A stretch of DNA of 44,175 nucleotides from Catajapyx aquilonaris (lineage: Eukaryota). A program made the position numbers and the translations under genes. Below, in pieces: positions 24,201-35,100 of the stretch. The first letter of the stretch is position 1. The number at the start of each line of letters is the position of its first letter. The notes beneath the pieces are model-generated. The model was not told where the DNA came from. It was given only the letters and a program-made list of their open reading frames with translations, and searched no databases. The DNA is taken from contig JYFJ02003265.1 in assembly GCA_000934665.2 (NCBI GenBank), positions 1-44,175 of the forward strand, read 5' to 3'.

Positions 24201-25236
24201 AAATGGCACCTCATCATTGCAAAATGAATTTGACTCTGATGCCCATGGAAGGATAAAGGATATTTCTTGTCATATGCTACTTTACACTCCTAAATGCACA
24301 GATATTACTACCATGTTTCCTTTGTTGTGATATGAGAGATGTGTAATGATTATGTCATCAGTCACCTCAATCATAAAATGTAGGGAATCTCATTATTCCC
24401 TTTTGCCATATAATCTCTCATTGCAAATGTATGATGTCAATGATAACAGATCACCTGAATCAGAACAATGAATTTACAGCAGGACATATTCTTCCCCAAT
24501 CCCGTCACCACAATCAAACGTTCAGCTTTTGCTTTGCTCTGTATGAATACTTCATCACCTGAGCATCTTTTCTTAAACACACCCCATCACCTGTCACTCA
24601 AGACTGCTGACCTGTTGCTTTTTGTATGTTCTCCCTTCCTAACACTAGCAGTACATTTGCCTTACTGGAGTTCCAACAGCCGATCTGATTCTTTCTGAAT
24701 GGAGATGAGCAATTTGTTTTTCTCCTTCATCTGCAACTGCAGGATCTTCAGCTGTTCATGGCACTTCTTCACCAAGGTCTCTACTTCCTTCATCTTCATA
24801 TCTTCCAGAGTCTTCTTTGGAGCATGTCCTAATATTTCTATATACTCCATATCTGTCATCCTCTTCTCCACATCATCTGCTGTACTCAACATTAATGTCT
24901 TCTTGTGCAACTCATTCACAACATCGTCCTGCCTAGACGCTATATCTTTCTCAAAATCATGCATCTCACGAATAGCGGCTGCCAATGCACCCAAAATTTT
25001 CTGGCTCCTTTCTAATATAAATATACATTTGAATTAAGACTTTATTTGCATTTTTTGAACGTCATTCAAAGTCAAATACCTTGCTTGCTAAACACAATGT
25101 CTTTTACATGTCTTCCAAGTGGTATTGTGGGCACTGTCACTTCAATTTGGTTGAGAACCATGTAAATAGCATGGAATTCTTGATCGATATTTTCAATCAT
25201 TAAGCAATCGTCAAACCTGCCCATTGTCTGGTCCAT
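15288..25236 (-). CDS. Long coiled-coil protein, 754 aa (possibly CCDC175/CCDC178-like); exons 25236-25080, 25011-24666, 23317-23089, 21509-21142, 20418-19902, 18726-18581, 15789-15288
   Basis: Six E/K/Q/L-rich heptad ORFs of the ORF track plus the 25236-25080 exon join through GT-AG introns with compatible phases (1,2,0,2,0,2) into 2265 nt ending TAA at 15288. The family suggestion is weak (size and C-terminal pattern only). Confidence 0.85.
15993..16297 (-). mobile_element. Degenerate tRNA-derived SINE
   Basis: Minus-strand head with A-box-like TGGCGCTGTGGT and a degenerate B box GGATCAAATCT, with an A-rich tail. 15-bp TSD TGCTAC(A/G)GCCAATTT at 15978-15992 and 16298-16312. Confidence 0.7.
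16476..17050 (+). mobile_element. Internally deleted Sola1-like DNA transposon
   Basis: Perfect 30-bp TIR GAATAGCTGATTTTCTAAAGGGCGTAAGTC with AATT TSD. A frameshifted transposase-like C-terminus at about 16611-16769 reads KAYTEEVPINDKKIADIKKVLK/YIPEEHRPFYDKIVSWKT. Confidence 0.8.
17493..18050. mobile_element. Degenerate non-autonomous TIR element
   Basis: AGGAAGTACCCGTTTTACACC ... GGCGTAAAACTGGTACTTCCT inverted ends. Confidence 0.5.
18271..18296. repeat. (CT)n microsatellite
   Basis: Uninterrupted CT dinucleotide run. Confidence 0.9.
18489..18574. repeat. Perfect 38-bp inverted repeat with 10-nt loop (minimal Sola-like MITE?)
   Basis: CAATTGAATCACTTTTTATAAGAAGGGAACAAGTCCAA (18489-18526) and its exact reverse complement (18537-18574). 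The AATT|GAAT... ends resemble the Sola element at 16476. Confidence 0.9.
19269..19490. mobile_element. Tc1/mariner-type MITE
   Basis: TA|GAGTGTGTTCCAAGTAT ... ATACTTGGAACACACTG|TA. Confidence 0.65.
22373..22932 (-). mobile_element. Internally deleted mariner transposon with transposase C-terminal remnant
   Basis: Peptide LGWEVLWHPTYSPDISPWDFHLFHSMQ...FYHRGIHLLTQRWLRVIESDDQYFD is the mariner YSPDLAP region. TIRs TA|GGTCTATGCAAA ... TTTGCATAGACC|TA. Confidence 0.9.
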
Positions 25237-25239
25237 TTT

Positions 25240-25923
25240 TTACTGGTCCTTCAGCAGGGAAAGGCTTCGCTCTTTTGCAAGCTTCAGCAATTCCTGAGAA
25301 AGCAGGATGAGAAAGAACATGAGTTGTCACTGTTGTTGATTTACAAAAATAGTGATGTAACCTGGAAGCATCAATTCGACCTTTTCATTGTTTTTGTGCA
25401 GTGTTGCAGATTAGGCAGATTTTGAGAAATATGAAACAGCTGGGGCTCGGATTATTTGCTTCCTTTGGTGTAAATAGTGCAAGGTAATTAACGGGGTTAA
25501 CAGTTGCGTAGTACGAATAGCAAGGATGACAGTAGGGATAGCATGAGATATGTGGAATGTCAGTGCAGCTGGCATATAGTTGTGTACTATACTCATAAAG
25601 TGAAAGGGAAATTTGAAAAAGTCAGCATGAAATACACAACTTCAATTAATACGTACCGCTCTGGTCTTCTCAATGTTCTGCGGGTTAAAGGTAACCCTGG
25701 ATGTCACTGCCTTTCTTGCAGTTTCTCGGATGAGTTTGCGCACATACAGCATGTAGGCAAACCGTATCTGAAATGTTTCAAGAAGTACCCATTATGCCTA
25801 TCTTAGACATTCCTCCCGCTCTTTAGCACTTACCAGGTCAATGCTTGCAGTAGCTGCCTTGGCCTTGGTGCCATGGCTCTTGAGATAGTCCTTGACCTGC
25901 GCCGAACCCACACCTTTCGTCAT
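25240..25923 (-). CDS. Small basic histone-fold protein, CENP-W-like, 84 aa; exons 25923-25834, 25767-25657, 25293-25240
   Basis: Spliced product: MTKGVGSAQVKDYLKSHGTKAKAATASIDL/IRFAYMLYVRKLIRETARKAVTSRVTFNPQNIEKTRA/ELLKLAKERSLSLLKDQ*. Junctions are GTAAGT...TTTCAG and GTACGT...TCTCAG, both phase 0; start context GCCAAGATGA. Helix pattern and size match CENP-W as recalled (human DLLVHLNCLLFVHRLAEES vs IDLIRFAYMLYVRKLIRET). Confidence 0.7.
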
Positions 25924-26099
25924 CTTGGCAGGTCCCGACCAAATAACTGGCTCCAACACTCTCCTGGAAATAAATTACTATATATTCTCACCATGCCACC
26001 GTCTGGATACCAGTGGTTCTCCAACTTTTCCATTATCCAATTATCATTATCAGCTCTTGTCATTATCCCGTATGGTCGTATAGGCTACCACCATACTGC

Positions 26100-26637
26100 A
26101 GAAACGTGTGTAATAAAGAACCAAGTTTCTAACCAGCTTGCGGCCCATTCAGCCCACCTTTAAGGACCCCTGCGACAGGCGAAAAGCGGAAAAGAACGAA
26201 CCTTTTCCACCGAAGGAGTGTTGTTCACGTCCCAACAGTGCTTGGCGGGAAAAGTCAAGATGGCTGCTTAGTGCTTAGTGTCCATTGGTCACCTTGCTTT
26301 TCACAGTTTCAAATAATTATGTAATACATCCAGCCGTGCATCAAGTACACCAGATCGGTTTACTCAAACTCGGCAATTGATCCAGCCGGTCCACGCATAT
26401 TTTTGCATTAAAATCTGATGTTGACCAGTTTTGCCACTTTGCTAAACAATAGAGCGTGTTCCGCCATCTTTGTGCTCCTTGCGACGGGATTGGCTGGGTG
26501 TTCCAAGATGGCGTCCAGAAGTGTGAACAAAGTGAGCATCGCAGTCCGCCGCCAGCTGTCCCTTTCCGCTGACGAGCTATTCTCCCCTGACGTCGTCGTC
26601 GTCGGTCGAGGGGCGTCGGAGGCAGCCAGACGGAACG
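26100..26637. promoter_or_regulatory. Bidirectional promoter between the CENP-W-like/coiled-coil unit (-) and RCN2-like gene (+)
   Basis: Divergent start codons about 715 bp apart (25923, 26638). E2F-type TTGGCGGGAAA at 26242-26252; YY1/Pho-type AAGATGGC or GCCATCTT at 26257, 26463 and 26505; CCAAT (minus) at 26284-26288. Confidence 0.6.
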
Positions 26638-29600
26638 ATGGGTCCCTTGCAGCTGGTGGCGATGGTGGCCTTGGCCTTGCCTTGCCTGACCGCCTCCGTC
26701 CCAGCCACGGCCGCCGGCAGCCCTCCACCGCAGCACTCGCACGCAGCGGGGGCGGCCCCAGGGAAGGAGAGGGAGCTGGACGGGGCCTACAGCCCGAGGG
26801 ACCACTCGCACTACCATGGCGACGAGCACCACACGGAATTCGACCACGAAGCAATACTTGGTACGCTCGTTATAATGTAGCACTTGCAGGAGAGGTCGTT
26901 GTCATCGCAAGCAAATCAACTCACGCAAAGATAACAGATCCATCCTTGGAAAAGTACCGATGGACAAGCTTTAAATTGTTACAGAAGTAATTATGAACTA
27001 TGACTGACCACTGCACAGAAAGTCGTCATTGATCTGGCAAAAGGACAAAATTCAGCATTTTTACAATTTTACAGGAGAGCCGAAAGAAACCTGCAAACCT
27101 CTACACGAACACGCAGGATGGCGTTTTGATTTTCCGTTCTAACTCTGACGCCACTTGTCCCATATGTTCACCGTATTGCCAGAATGTGACCCAACACTGG
27201 ATGGTGCTGGCAGAGGCCATAGTCCGATTTTAGCAAAAATGTCGAATTCGTTTCTTTGTCAGATTAAAGATCAAGCCCATATCTTTGGTCCACATGTTAG
27301 AAAAAACAGTAGTTCTCCCATCAGAAGTGTAAGCAAAAGTTGCAGTGCATCACTCTACTCCCAATTATCTATGTTGTGGATTATCCGTGCGTTGCCAAAA
27401 AATAAAGTGAGAAAAAGTCCGAAAGAATGTCACTATGTCTCGCAAACAAGGAAATATAACAGAATATTTTTCTATAGGCAGCAGACCCCTGAGAATGCAT
27501 GTCTGGCACCTCCCACTGTTCAAATTTCCACACATGCTCCAAGAAGGGAGTGAGAGTACTAAGTGAAGCAGACATTATTTTATTAAAATCATTCCACTGG
27601 CAAAGGAAATGTTATTCAGGGGCTTGCATGTTTCAAATGTAAATTGATATTGAGATATGGTGTACTTCTGTATGTAATTGTTTTATAAAGTAGCAACATT
27701 CTTTCTAAAACATCACTTATGCCACCTGGCAACCTCGGGTCCTTTGTAGAAATGTGAAAAGTGGGAGGTGCCAGACGTACATTCTCGGGCTTCCGACAAA
27801 CTGAAAATCTATGATTAGTTTTATTGTTTTCATTAAACCTTATTTAAAGCAGCATACACATTTAAAACTTTTGAATAGTTTATTTTTATAGTATCTAGGA
27901 CCATATTCAGATGATCCGTGTTTTCTAATATTGTGGAGACACCCATGCATTCACTGGCATGGATGATCGGGATTACAGTGGAATATTGTACCAATGCTAT
28001 CTTACTCGTATAATTTAGTTAAACAATACTTCTCTATTGCCATGCTCAAACAGTGCACGTGTGAATTATTGTTTTAAAAAGAGACACAAGTGTATGCTTG
28101 GTGTGTTCTGCAGGGAGTACAAAGGAGGCAGAAGAATTTGATCATCTGCCACCTGAGGAAGCCAAGAAGCGCCTCAGGATACTTCTTGGTAAAATGGACC
28201 TCAATCATGATCAGCAGATTGATCGTAATGAACTGCATGCATGGATATTACGCTCCTTCCAGTAAGCATAGTCACGATAACATGTAACAATTTTAGAGAA
28301 CGAAACTCTGTAATTTTTAAAACATTTTTGCCTCACCAGCATGTTATCGCAAGAAGAAAGTAAGGAAAAATTAGAGGAAGCTGATACTAATGAAGATGGA
28401 AAGGTCACGTGGGAAGAATATGTGGCGGAAACATTTGGCGATGACTCTGATGAGGACAATGAGATTGGTGACTCTGAAGAAGAGAAGAAAGTGCGTACTA
28501 TTGGTCATAAAGAGGTCAAAATCACTTTCTTGTTCCCAAAATTTCAGCTGATGGAGAATGATAAGGCCCTCTTCACTGCTGCTGATGCGAATAAAGATGG
28601 CACCTTAGACAAGGATGAGTTTCGGTCATTTTCTCATCCAGAGGAGAGTCCAGACATGCTCCCTGTTATCCTCAAGCAAACACTGGAAGACAAGGATGCC
28701 AATGGCGATGGATTTATTGACTTCAAGGAATATGTCGGGGAGAGAGGTTCGTGTAATTTGAGTTGAAATTAATTCCAGGACTACAAAAGAAATGGGTGCA
28801 TTTTTGCTTCAAGAAGAAATTAATTTTTCTTCAGTCTGTAGTGGGCAGAAATTTTCTCTTCTTTATGAAGGGTGGGAGAGAGGATTGGAATGTGCCCTTC
28901 ACAATAGTGAGAAGACACATATTTTTTGAAGGGTCAACCAAAAGCTACTTGAAGGTGGAATTACCGATAGCACTGTTAACATTTTCCTTTTCATGGTATG
29001 TTGTCTATGCAACAGATTATATTAGTCCTGGAATGATTTTGGAATGGTATCACAGCTTCATACTGTTGCTAAATGCATAAAACATAGTCTATGCAAGAAT
29101 GAATGCTTTTAAGAATAGGAGAAAAAGGTATCCGAAAATAAATCATACTGGTTGGTTTCCTGCTTCCAGACATGACAGACTGAAAATTTAATATTACACA
29201 TAGGCTTTACTAGCATGTGGGCAGTGGTGAACTGCCCTTCCACAAACTGAATATGTACAAATGATCTGGTTCTCAAGAGTAACAGTGAATATGGCCAGGC
29301 ACTTGCCCTGATGCACATCTCTGAATGTAAGGCCACAGTATGGAGGTTGCAAACGACTACCTGGCTTCTGACCAGTAAAACTGGAGAAGAGGCCGGTGTA
29401 CCACCACTGAGGAACACAATAAGTTAGTGTTTACAAATTTCCACTGTTGTGAAGTGTTACCCAACATTGGATGCAAAGCAGCTTTTTAGCAGATTATAGC
29501 TGGGGAGATGTTTCTTATGACAGGAAACTGAAGCTGCCTAGGAAAGATAGAAGAAGCAGCATATATCTTGCTCTGTCGCCTACCCCACGAAGATCATCCT

Positions 29601-32183
29601 GGATTGGGAGTGAAAGTTACTGTCAGCATAGATCTCAGGGTCATTGTAACACACAAGCCCCATCCCCGCAACATAGACATACCACGGTGGGGTTGTATGG
29701 GTGCTCATGTAATGGAAAGAGCCCTGAGCAGCCATTACATGTCATCAGAGGAAGCACATGAAACACTGCCAGAGGTGGCATCGGAATTTTCAGGATCATT
29801 CCAAAATCACTTTCATAAAGTGGGAGTCAGCACTATGATTTTGGCTGCATGTTAAAATCACTTTAGGATGATGATGTTGAGGTATATTGATTATATTAAT
29901 ATCTAATGGACCCGTTATTAATTATTCCTAGAAATGTACTGCCTCGTAATGGTACTGAATATTGTGTGCATAATTAGATTTAGTGCACTTCACCAGTTGT
30001 GAATGGTACATTAATTTGTAAATGTTATTTTCTTCTTGAAGCAGTGAAATTTTTATTAGGTTTTATTGTATGAGTGGTTGGGGTTTTATTTTGTGGGATT
30101 TAAAGACACATCATAAAAGAAATGAAGTTCCATCTCATAGGCCTGGAAGAACACGAGGCCTCAAAATATGACAGGAATTTCTTTGAGCGAGTCTTAGACA
30201 AAGATGGGGATGGGAAACTTGACCAAGCAGAGTTAATAGCCTGGACCAAATTCAAAACCGAGTCTGACGACAAGTAAGGCAGTCACTTAATTTGCACATT
30301 TAATATTTAAAATGAATTCCATGCAGGGTCTGTGGAGAGAACATAATTGCTGTTGTGCTTCCATTGCTCTAGAAACAAATTTTTCTGTTAAAAATTTTTA
30401 TGATGAAAGGAAGAGCTGAAATAAATACTGTAATTAGGATAATCTTTTGGATAACCTTGACAATGTCTGCAGCAGTTGCCTTGAAGACCCTGCATGTGTT
30501 CAAGTTGGGAGTTTGCTAGTCATCTGATTAATGCCTGTGAATCTTAGGAGGACACTGGCAAATAATCTGTCCTCCAAATCCAAGTAATTTAACTGCACTT
30601 ATGCACGTCTTTTGTGGAGGTGGGGACTACGTGCATTCTTGGTTTTCCCTTCCTATTCTTGAAATGAATAGTTAACGTGAACCTATTTAGATGTAACACC
30701 TCATTAGTAATTATAATACCAAATGTTACAGAATTCACTTGTCTGTACTAGCACTTCTGAGTCAAGATGGTACTCCTGTACCTGCTCAGAAAGGAAACCA
30801 AAGGCTCATTTCTTCCACTTTGCAGTCACTGATCCAACATGACGTGTGAGTTGTGACGTTGCACAATATTTCTACTGATGCAGATTTATGCTGAATTCTG
30901 TTAAATACGGAGTGGCTCCAGAGGGTTACTGCAATGTACACAATTTTAACATGAAATGTAATCAATTTATTATTATCTAGAGTGATATACACTGCCTTAG
31001 CTTACACCTCCAACAATAATAAATAGTGAAAGAGATGCATTACTTGCTCCAGTTGTTCATTCATATTGTCACTGTTAGATCTCAGTGTGAGTGTGAGGGA
31101 CTGGAATGTGTACGTGTGACTGGAGCAAGTAATCCATAGCCTTTTCCTATGCTCAATAGTTGGAGATATAAACATGAAGAATTTTACAGCATCAATTAGT
31201 TGTGCTTGGTGGAGGTGGTATGCAGGATAAGGAGCAATACTGAGCCCAATATATCGAATCCCAGCTTGCATGACAGTAATGGTCAGATTAGGTAGTTTGC
31301 GTTATCCTCTGGAGTGCTTAGTGTGAAAATTTTGCTATTGCAGTGTCTTTCACAGTTAACTAGGACCTATTTTTGACATGGCCTGTGATGCAGGTAAAAA
31401 CCGTGAAAATAAGGGTTACAGAGTGTTGCAATAGTGTCACAGATAAGATAAGTAGTTAAATTATTATTATTGAAATTGGAAAATGTGCTGAGATTTTTTG
31501 TCTTGATTAGACAGTATAATTATGCCATCCTGTGATGGTAAATGACTCTCATAACAATTAATTGCTATGACTGAGCATGAGCAAAAGTAATCCAGGTGCC
31601 AACTGATATCATGTTGCTAATGAGGTGTTCATTATGACTGCCCATACCTTGGTCATTTCTTTGAATCTTTCCCACAGCCAAAGAACACGACAAAGAGTGG
31701 CTACTAGTAGAGAAGGACAAGTTTGATCATGAGCACGATAAGGATAGAGATGGGAGACTAGATCCTCACGAAGTCCTCTCCTGGGTAGTGCCAAGTAATA
31801 CGTATGTTTTCTCATGCCCACATATGCAGTTTTCCTTCTTAAGTAGATGAATGCTAAGCACACCTGGTTTGCTGCATGTCTCTTGAAAATCCTTAGCGGC
31901 AACTACCCATCTATAGTTAATGCAGCATGTGTAGCAGTGCTGGATTTGAAAGACAGCTCAGTGCGGTTGGTATATAATAGGTGAATTGTTTATTGCCTGC
32001 TCTTATTTCAGTGAGATAGCAGAAGATGAAGTGGACCACTTATTTGCATCTGCAGATGATAATCATGACGATTATCTTGGCTTTAATGAGATCTTAGACC
32101 ATCACGATGTCTTCGTTGGAAGCGAAGCTACAGATTTTGGTGATCACTTGCACAATATACACGTCTTTCAGGACGAGCTCTAA
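26638..32183 (+). CDS. RCN2: Reticulocalbin-2-like CREC-family EF-hand ER protein, 338 aa; exons 26638-26860, 28114-28261, 28340-28490, 28548-28746, 31678-31801 (or alternative 30141-30273), 32012-32183
   Basis: Signal peptide; [29 protein letters not shown]; six EF-hand loops ([72 protein letters not shown]); [11 protein letters not shown] and a C-terminal QDEL retention signal. Intron phases are compatible. Confidence 0.93.
27488..27789. mobile_element. Degenerate palindromic MITE
   Basis: CCTGAGAATGCATGTCTGGCACCTCCCACTGTTCAAATTTC pairs with GAAATGTGAAAAGTGGGAGGTGCCAGACGTACATTCTCGGG. Confidence 0.6.
30141..30273 (+). CDS. RCN2: Alternative (mutually exclusive) EF-hand-5 exon of the RCN2-like gene
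   Basis: CTCATAG| ... |GTAAGG; encodes [44 protein letters not shown]. Phase 1 in and phase 2 out, identical to exon 31678-31801. Confidence 0.75.
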
Positions 32184-35100
32184 TAAGACAAGCAAATAAT
32201 GCCAGTGTGTCACACAGAAGGAAATCTTGCGTTTAAGTTATAGCACTAGTTAGACTAGCATCTACTAGTGATTTGGAAGTTGTTGTCCTTCCAATATGTA
32301 GATACGTCACAAGAACAAAACAATGGTTGTAAAATGAAAGGTTAATGTAGCTTTTCATTCCCCTTTATTTGTGCCAAAACTGTGTTTTAGGGAGTGCTCT
32401 TTGAAGAAGGAAGAGATGGGATTTGTTTTATAATCTAACTTGATCTTCTATCTTGTGTTTTATGTTTGTCACTGTGTGAATTCCACTGCTTTTTGTCACA
32501 GAGGGTAATTCAGTATTAAATAAAGAGATATCTGAATGTGCCAAACTAATATTTCTCTCCTGCATTTGTAGAAGAAAATGCAGAATGTTACTTGGTCCGG
32601 TGAGTGATCTGGACTGGGGTTGGGGCTATAGAATCACCCTCGAGTAGTCCTGTCCTTGTAGATGCTGCAGGCAATACATACTGACAACAATATCGCACGT
32701 TTACATAGTATTGCTCATTGATTTGTGACCTTGGGTCCTCATGTACACTGAAATTAACACACCAAGCAATGGTGCTGATGATTATTTCCCAGATGAGACC
32801 TTCAAACCGCACAATGGCCAACATACTGACAGATGGACAGCAACTAGCTATATCTCGGCTATGGAATAAGATAAGGAATTTTCATTTCTGCCCATTACGA
32901 GGATGCCCTGGTGAGAGAAAAATAATCAAGAGACTTTCGAAGTGACTGCAAAGAACTGAGGGGATAGGTGCATAAATATTAACACAATTTTCAATTGTAC
33001 ATGTTTATCCTTCTTAAAACAGTAGTTATGTACACAGAAGAACATTGGAAATAAAAACCACCATCACCGCACGAGAAAAAGTGTGAGGAAGTGCGACTTG
33101 ACACCTAATTTTTTTTTTGTATTTTTTCTAGTCCTTTTTTGTCTCTTTTTCTCCATGGGATTGGCAACAACTATTGCATATACTGTAATATGCAGCCGTA
33201 TAAAAAACTCTTTAAATAAATATCACCGCATCACTTATACACATTCAGGGAGTTCGGGAGCATGTATTATGCATGTTTGTGTACTTGTGTGTGTGTGAAT
33301 GGATGATTTTAAAGGTTAAAATGTGTGTCAATGAAAAATGTAATTATGCTTGCATTATTTCCTTCAAGTATTAGTCTTTTTCTCTCAACTTTTTTTTTTT
33401 GTTTGCTGTTTTCTCTCCTTTACTTCTCTAAGGCTTAGAACAGAAACTAAGGTTGGAAACTATGGTGTTTTTTTTGTTTTTTTGTTGGAAGAGCTGAGCC
33501 CACGCTACCTTGTGGATATTGACTGTTCCGATAACAAATATTCACATGCATCAATGTGACTGTATAAGTGAACAAACAACCAAGACGACACCTTTTTTTT
33601 TTTGAGCTCATTTCAAAAACCTTGTCCCATCTCCCTAAATATCCACAATGTGCCTGACTTTGCCAGCCAAGATCGAGTTGTCTTGCAATTGCAATAACAA
33701 CTAAGGAAAGAATTCAGAAGAATTTTTACACTGGGACTCTTAAAAAAACAATAATTACATAGAATCATACATGGTGTACACAACATTACATATTGCCACA
33801 TTCAGAAATACATAACTGTTGTGTACCATGAAGCAATGTACAGTTGTACATTAAATTTTTGTAGAACTTCAGATTACAAACTAAACAAAGCTGCATTGTA
33901 ACCAAAGGTTGAGGTAGTTAGGATCATTTCAATCCTAAGCAGTCTATATCCGCACTGGGGCAAAACAGAAACAAAGCACAGGCCTGACTTACAGTTGCTT
34001 TTAGTGCAACACACCGGTGTTTATATTGTACTTCATTGGAAAAAGCAGGGCGATTCGTGACATGTTGCTACCTCATTATTTTGTTAGCTCCCAACCATAT
34101 TATGCTGTGTTCACGATCTTTCAAGTGGCCATTGGACACAATACATGGGTGAAAGACATTCCTGAAAAATGGATTGTTGCTAGGCCAGCCCTGAGACATT
34201 TTCACGAGGTTGTGTTGCAGAGAGAGGGGGGCCAAGAAGAATGAGTACCGCAAGGTAGGGTTTATCTGGGCCCATTGCTACACATGGATTGTGTTGTGCA
34301 CTTTCAGTGAACCTTGGCAAGTTGAGGGATTGGAGCACCCATTGTCGTTTTGCATATTTGCCATGCTGTAGGTACAAATAAGGGCGCTTGTTTAGGTCTG
34401 CTTGTCCCACTGAAGGTATCACTTCAACCCACAAAGTTTGTTCTTGTTATTTTTTGGTTAATGGTATCAAACCATTATTAACAGGGACAAACCTAGGGTT
34501 TCGACTATATTTTCAGTGGTGCAACAGTATCATGGGAAACTCCTCGCCATGAGTTACACTGGCACCCACACATTTCAGGTGTCTCCCAGAGAAAATGCAT
34601 TCCAACCACAACTGAGGCTAGATCTGAGGCCTTTCACTTGAAACAATGCAGGTATCAGCAGGGAGTTCCTACATTCCCATTATGACAAATTTTGGTTTCT
34701 TTAATTGGCATGCGGGGTAAAATGTAAAACAATACTCTCACTGCACCCTTCCTGTCACCCAACGTCTTAGACAATCATTTTCATAAGGAGTAACACATCA
34801 TAAACAATTTCACAGAGCATGAATGCAAACCACTAATAACTTATTTCCCGTATTCACATGCATCACGTAACTACTTTTGAACTTCTCTTTCTCCCCCTTG
34901 CTCTTCGCATGCCTGCTTGCTAATCACTGCCCTGTATAAATAATTACCAATTGGCATGATGTCACTGAGCCCACCTATTAAGGAAGAAAATGTACATCAG
35001 GAAAGGTGCAAATGTCTGGCATATATTCAATTCAGAAAATCCCTGAACCTCATTGTACTGTGACAAACATACTGCAGCCCTTAATCTACAAAAAATAATA

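Noticed and set aside
25964..26063. Possible N-terminal extension of the CENP-W-like ORF (MTRADNDNWIMEKLENHW... via a 47-nt intron 26010-25964)
   Set aside because: The frame is compatible, but the intron is very short with a weak donor (GTATCC), and ATG 25923 has good context and gives the expected size. Left out of the model pending transcripts.
26341..26990. Overlapping 148-190 aa ORFs around the RCN2 first exon
   Set aside because: Products of the GC-rich first exon and promoter; only the 26638 frame has a signal peptide and the CREC motif.
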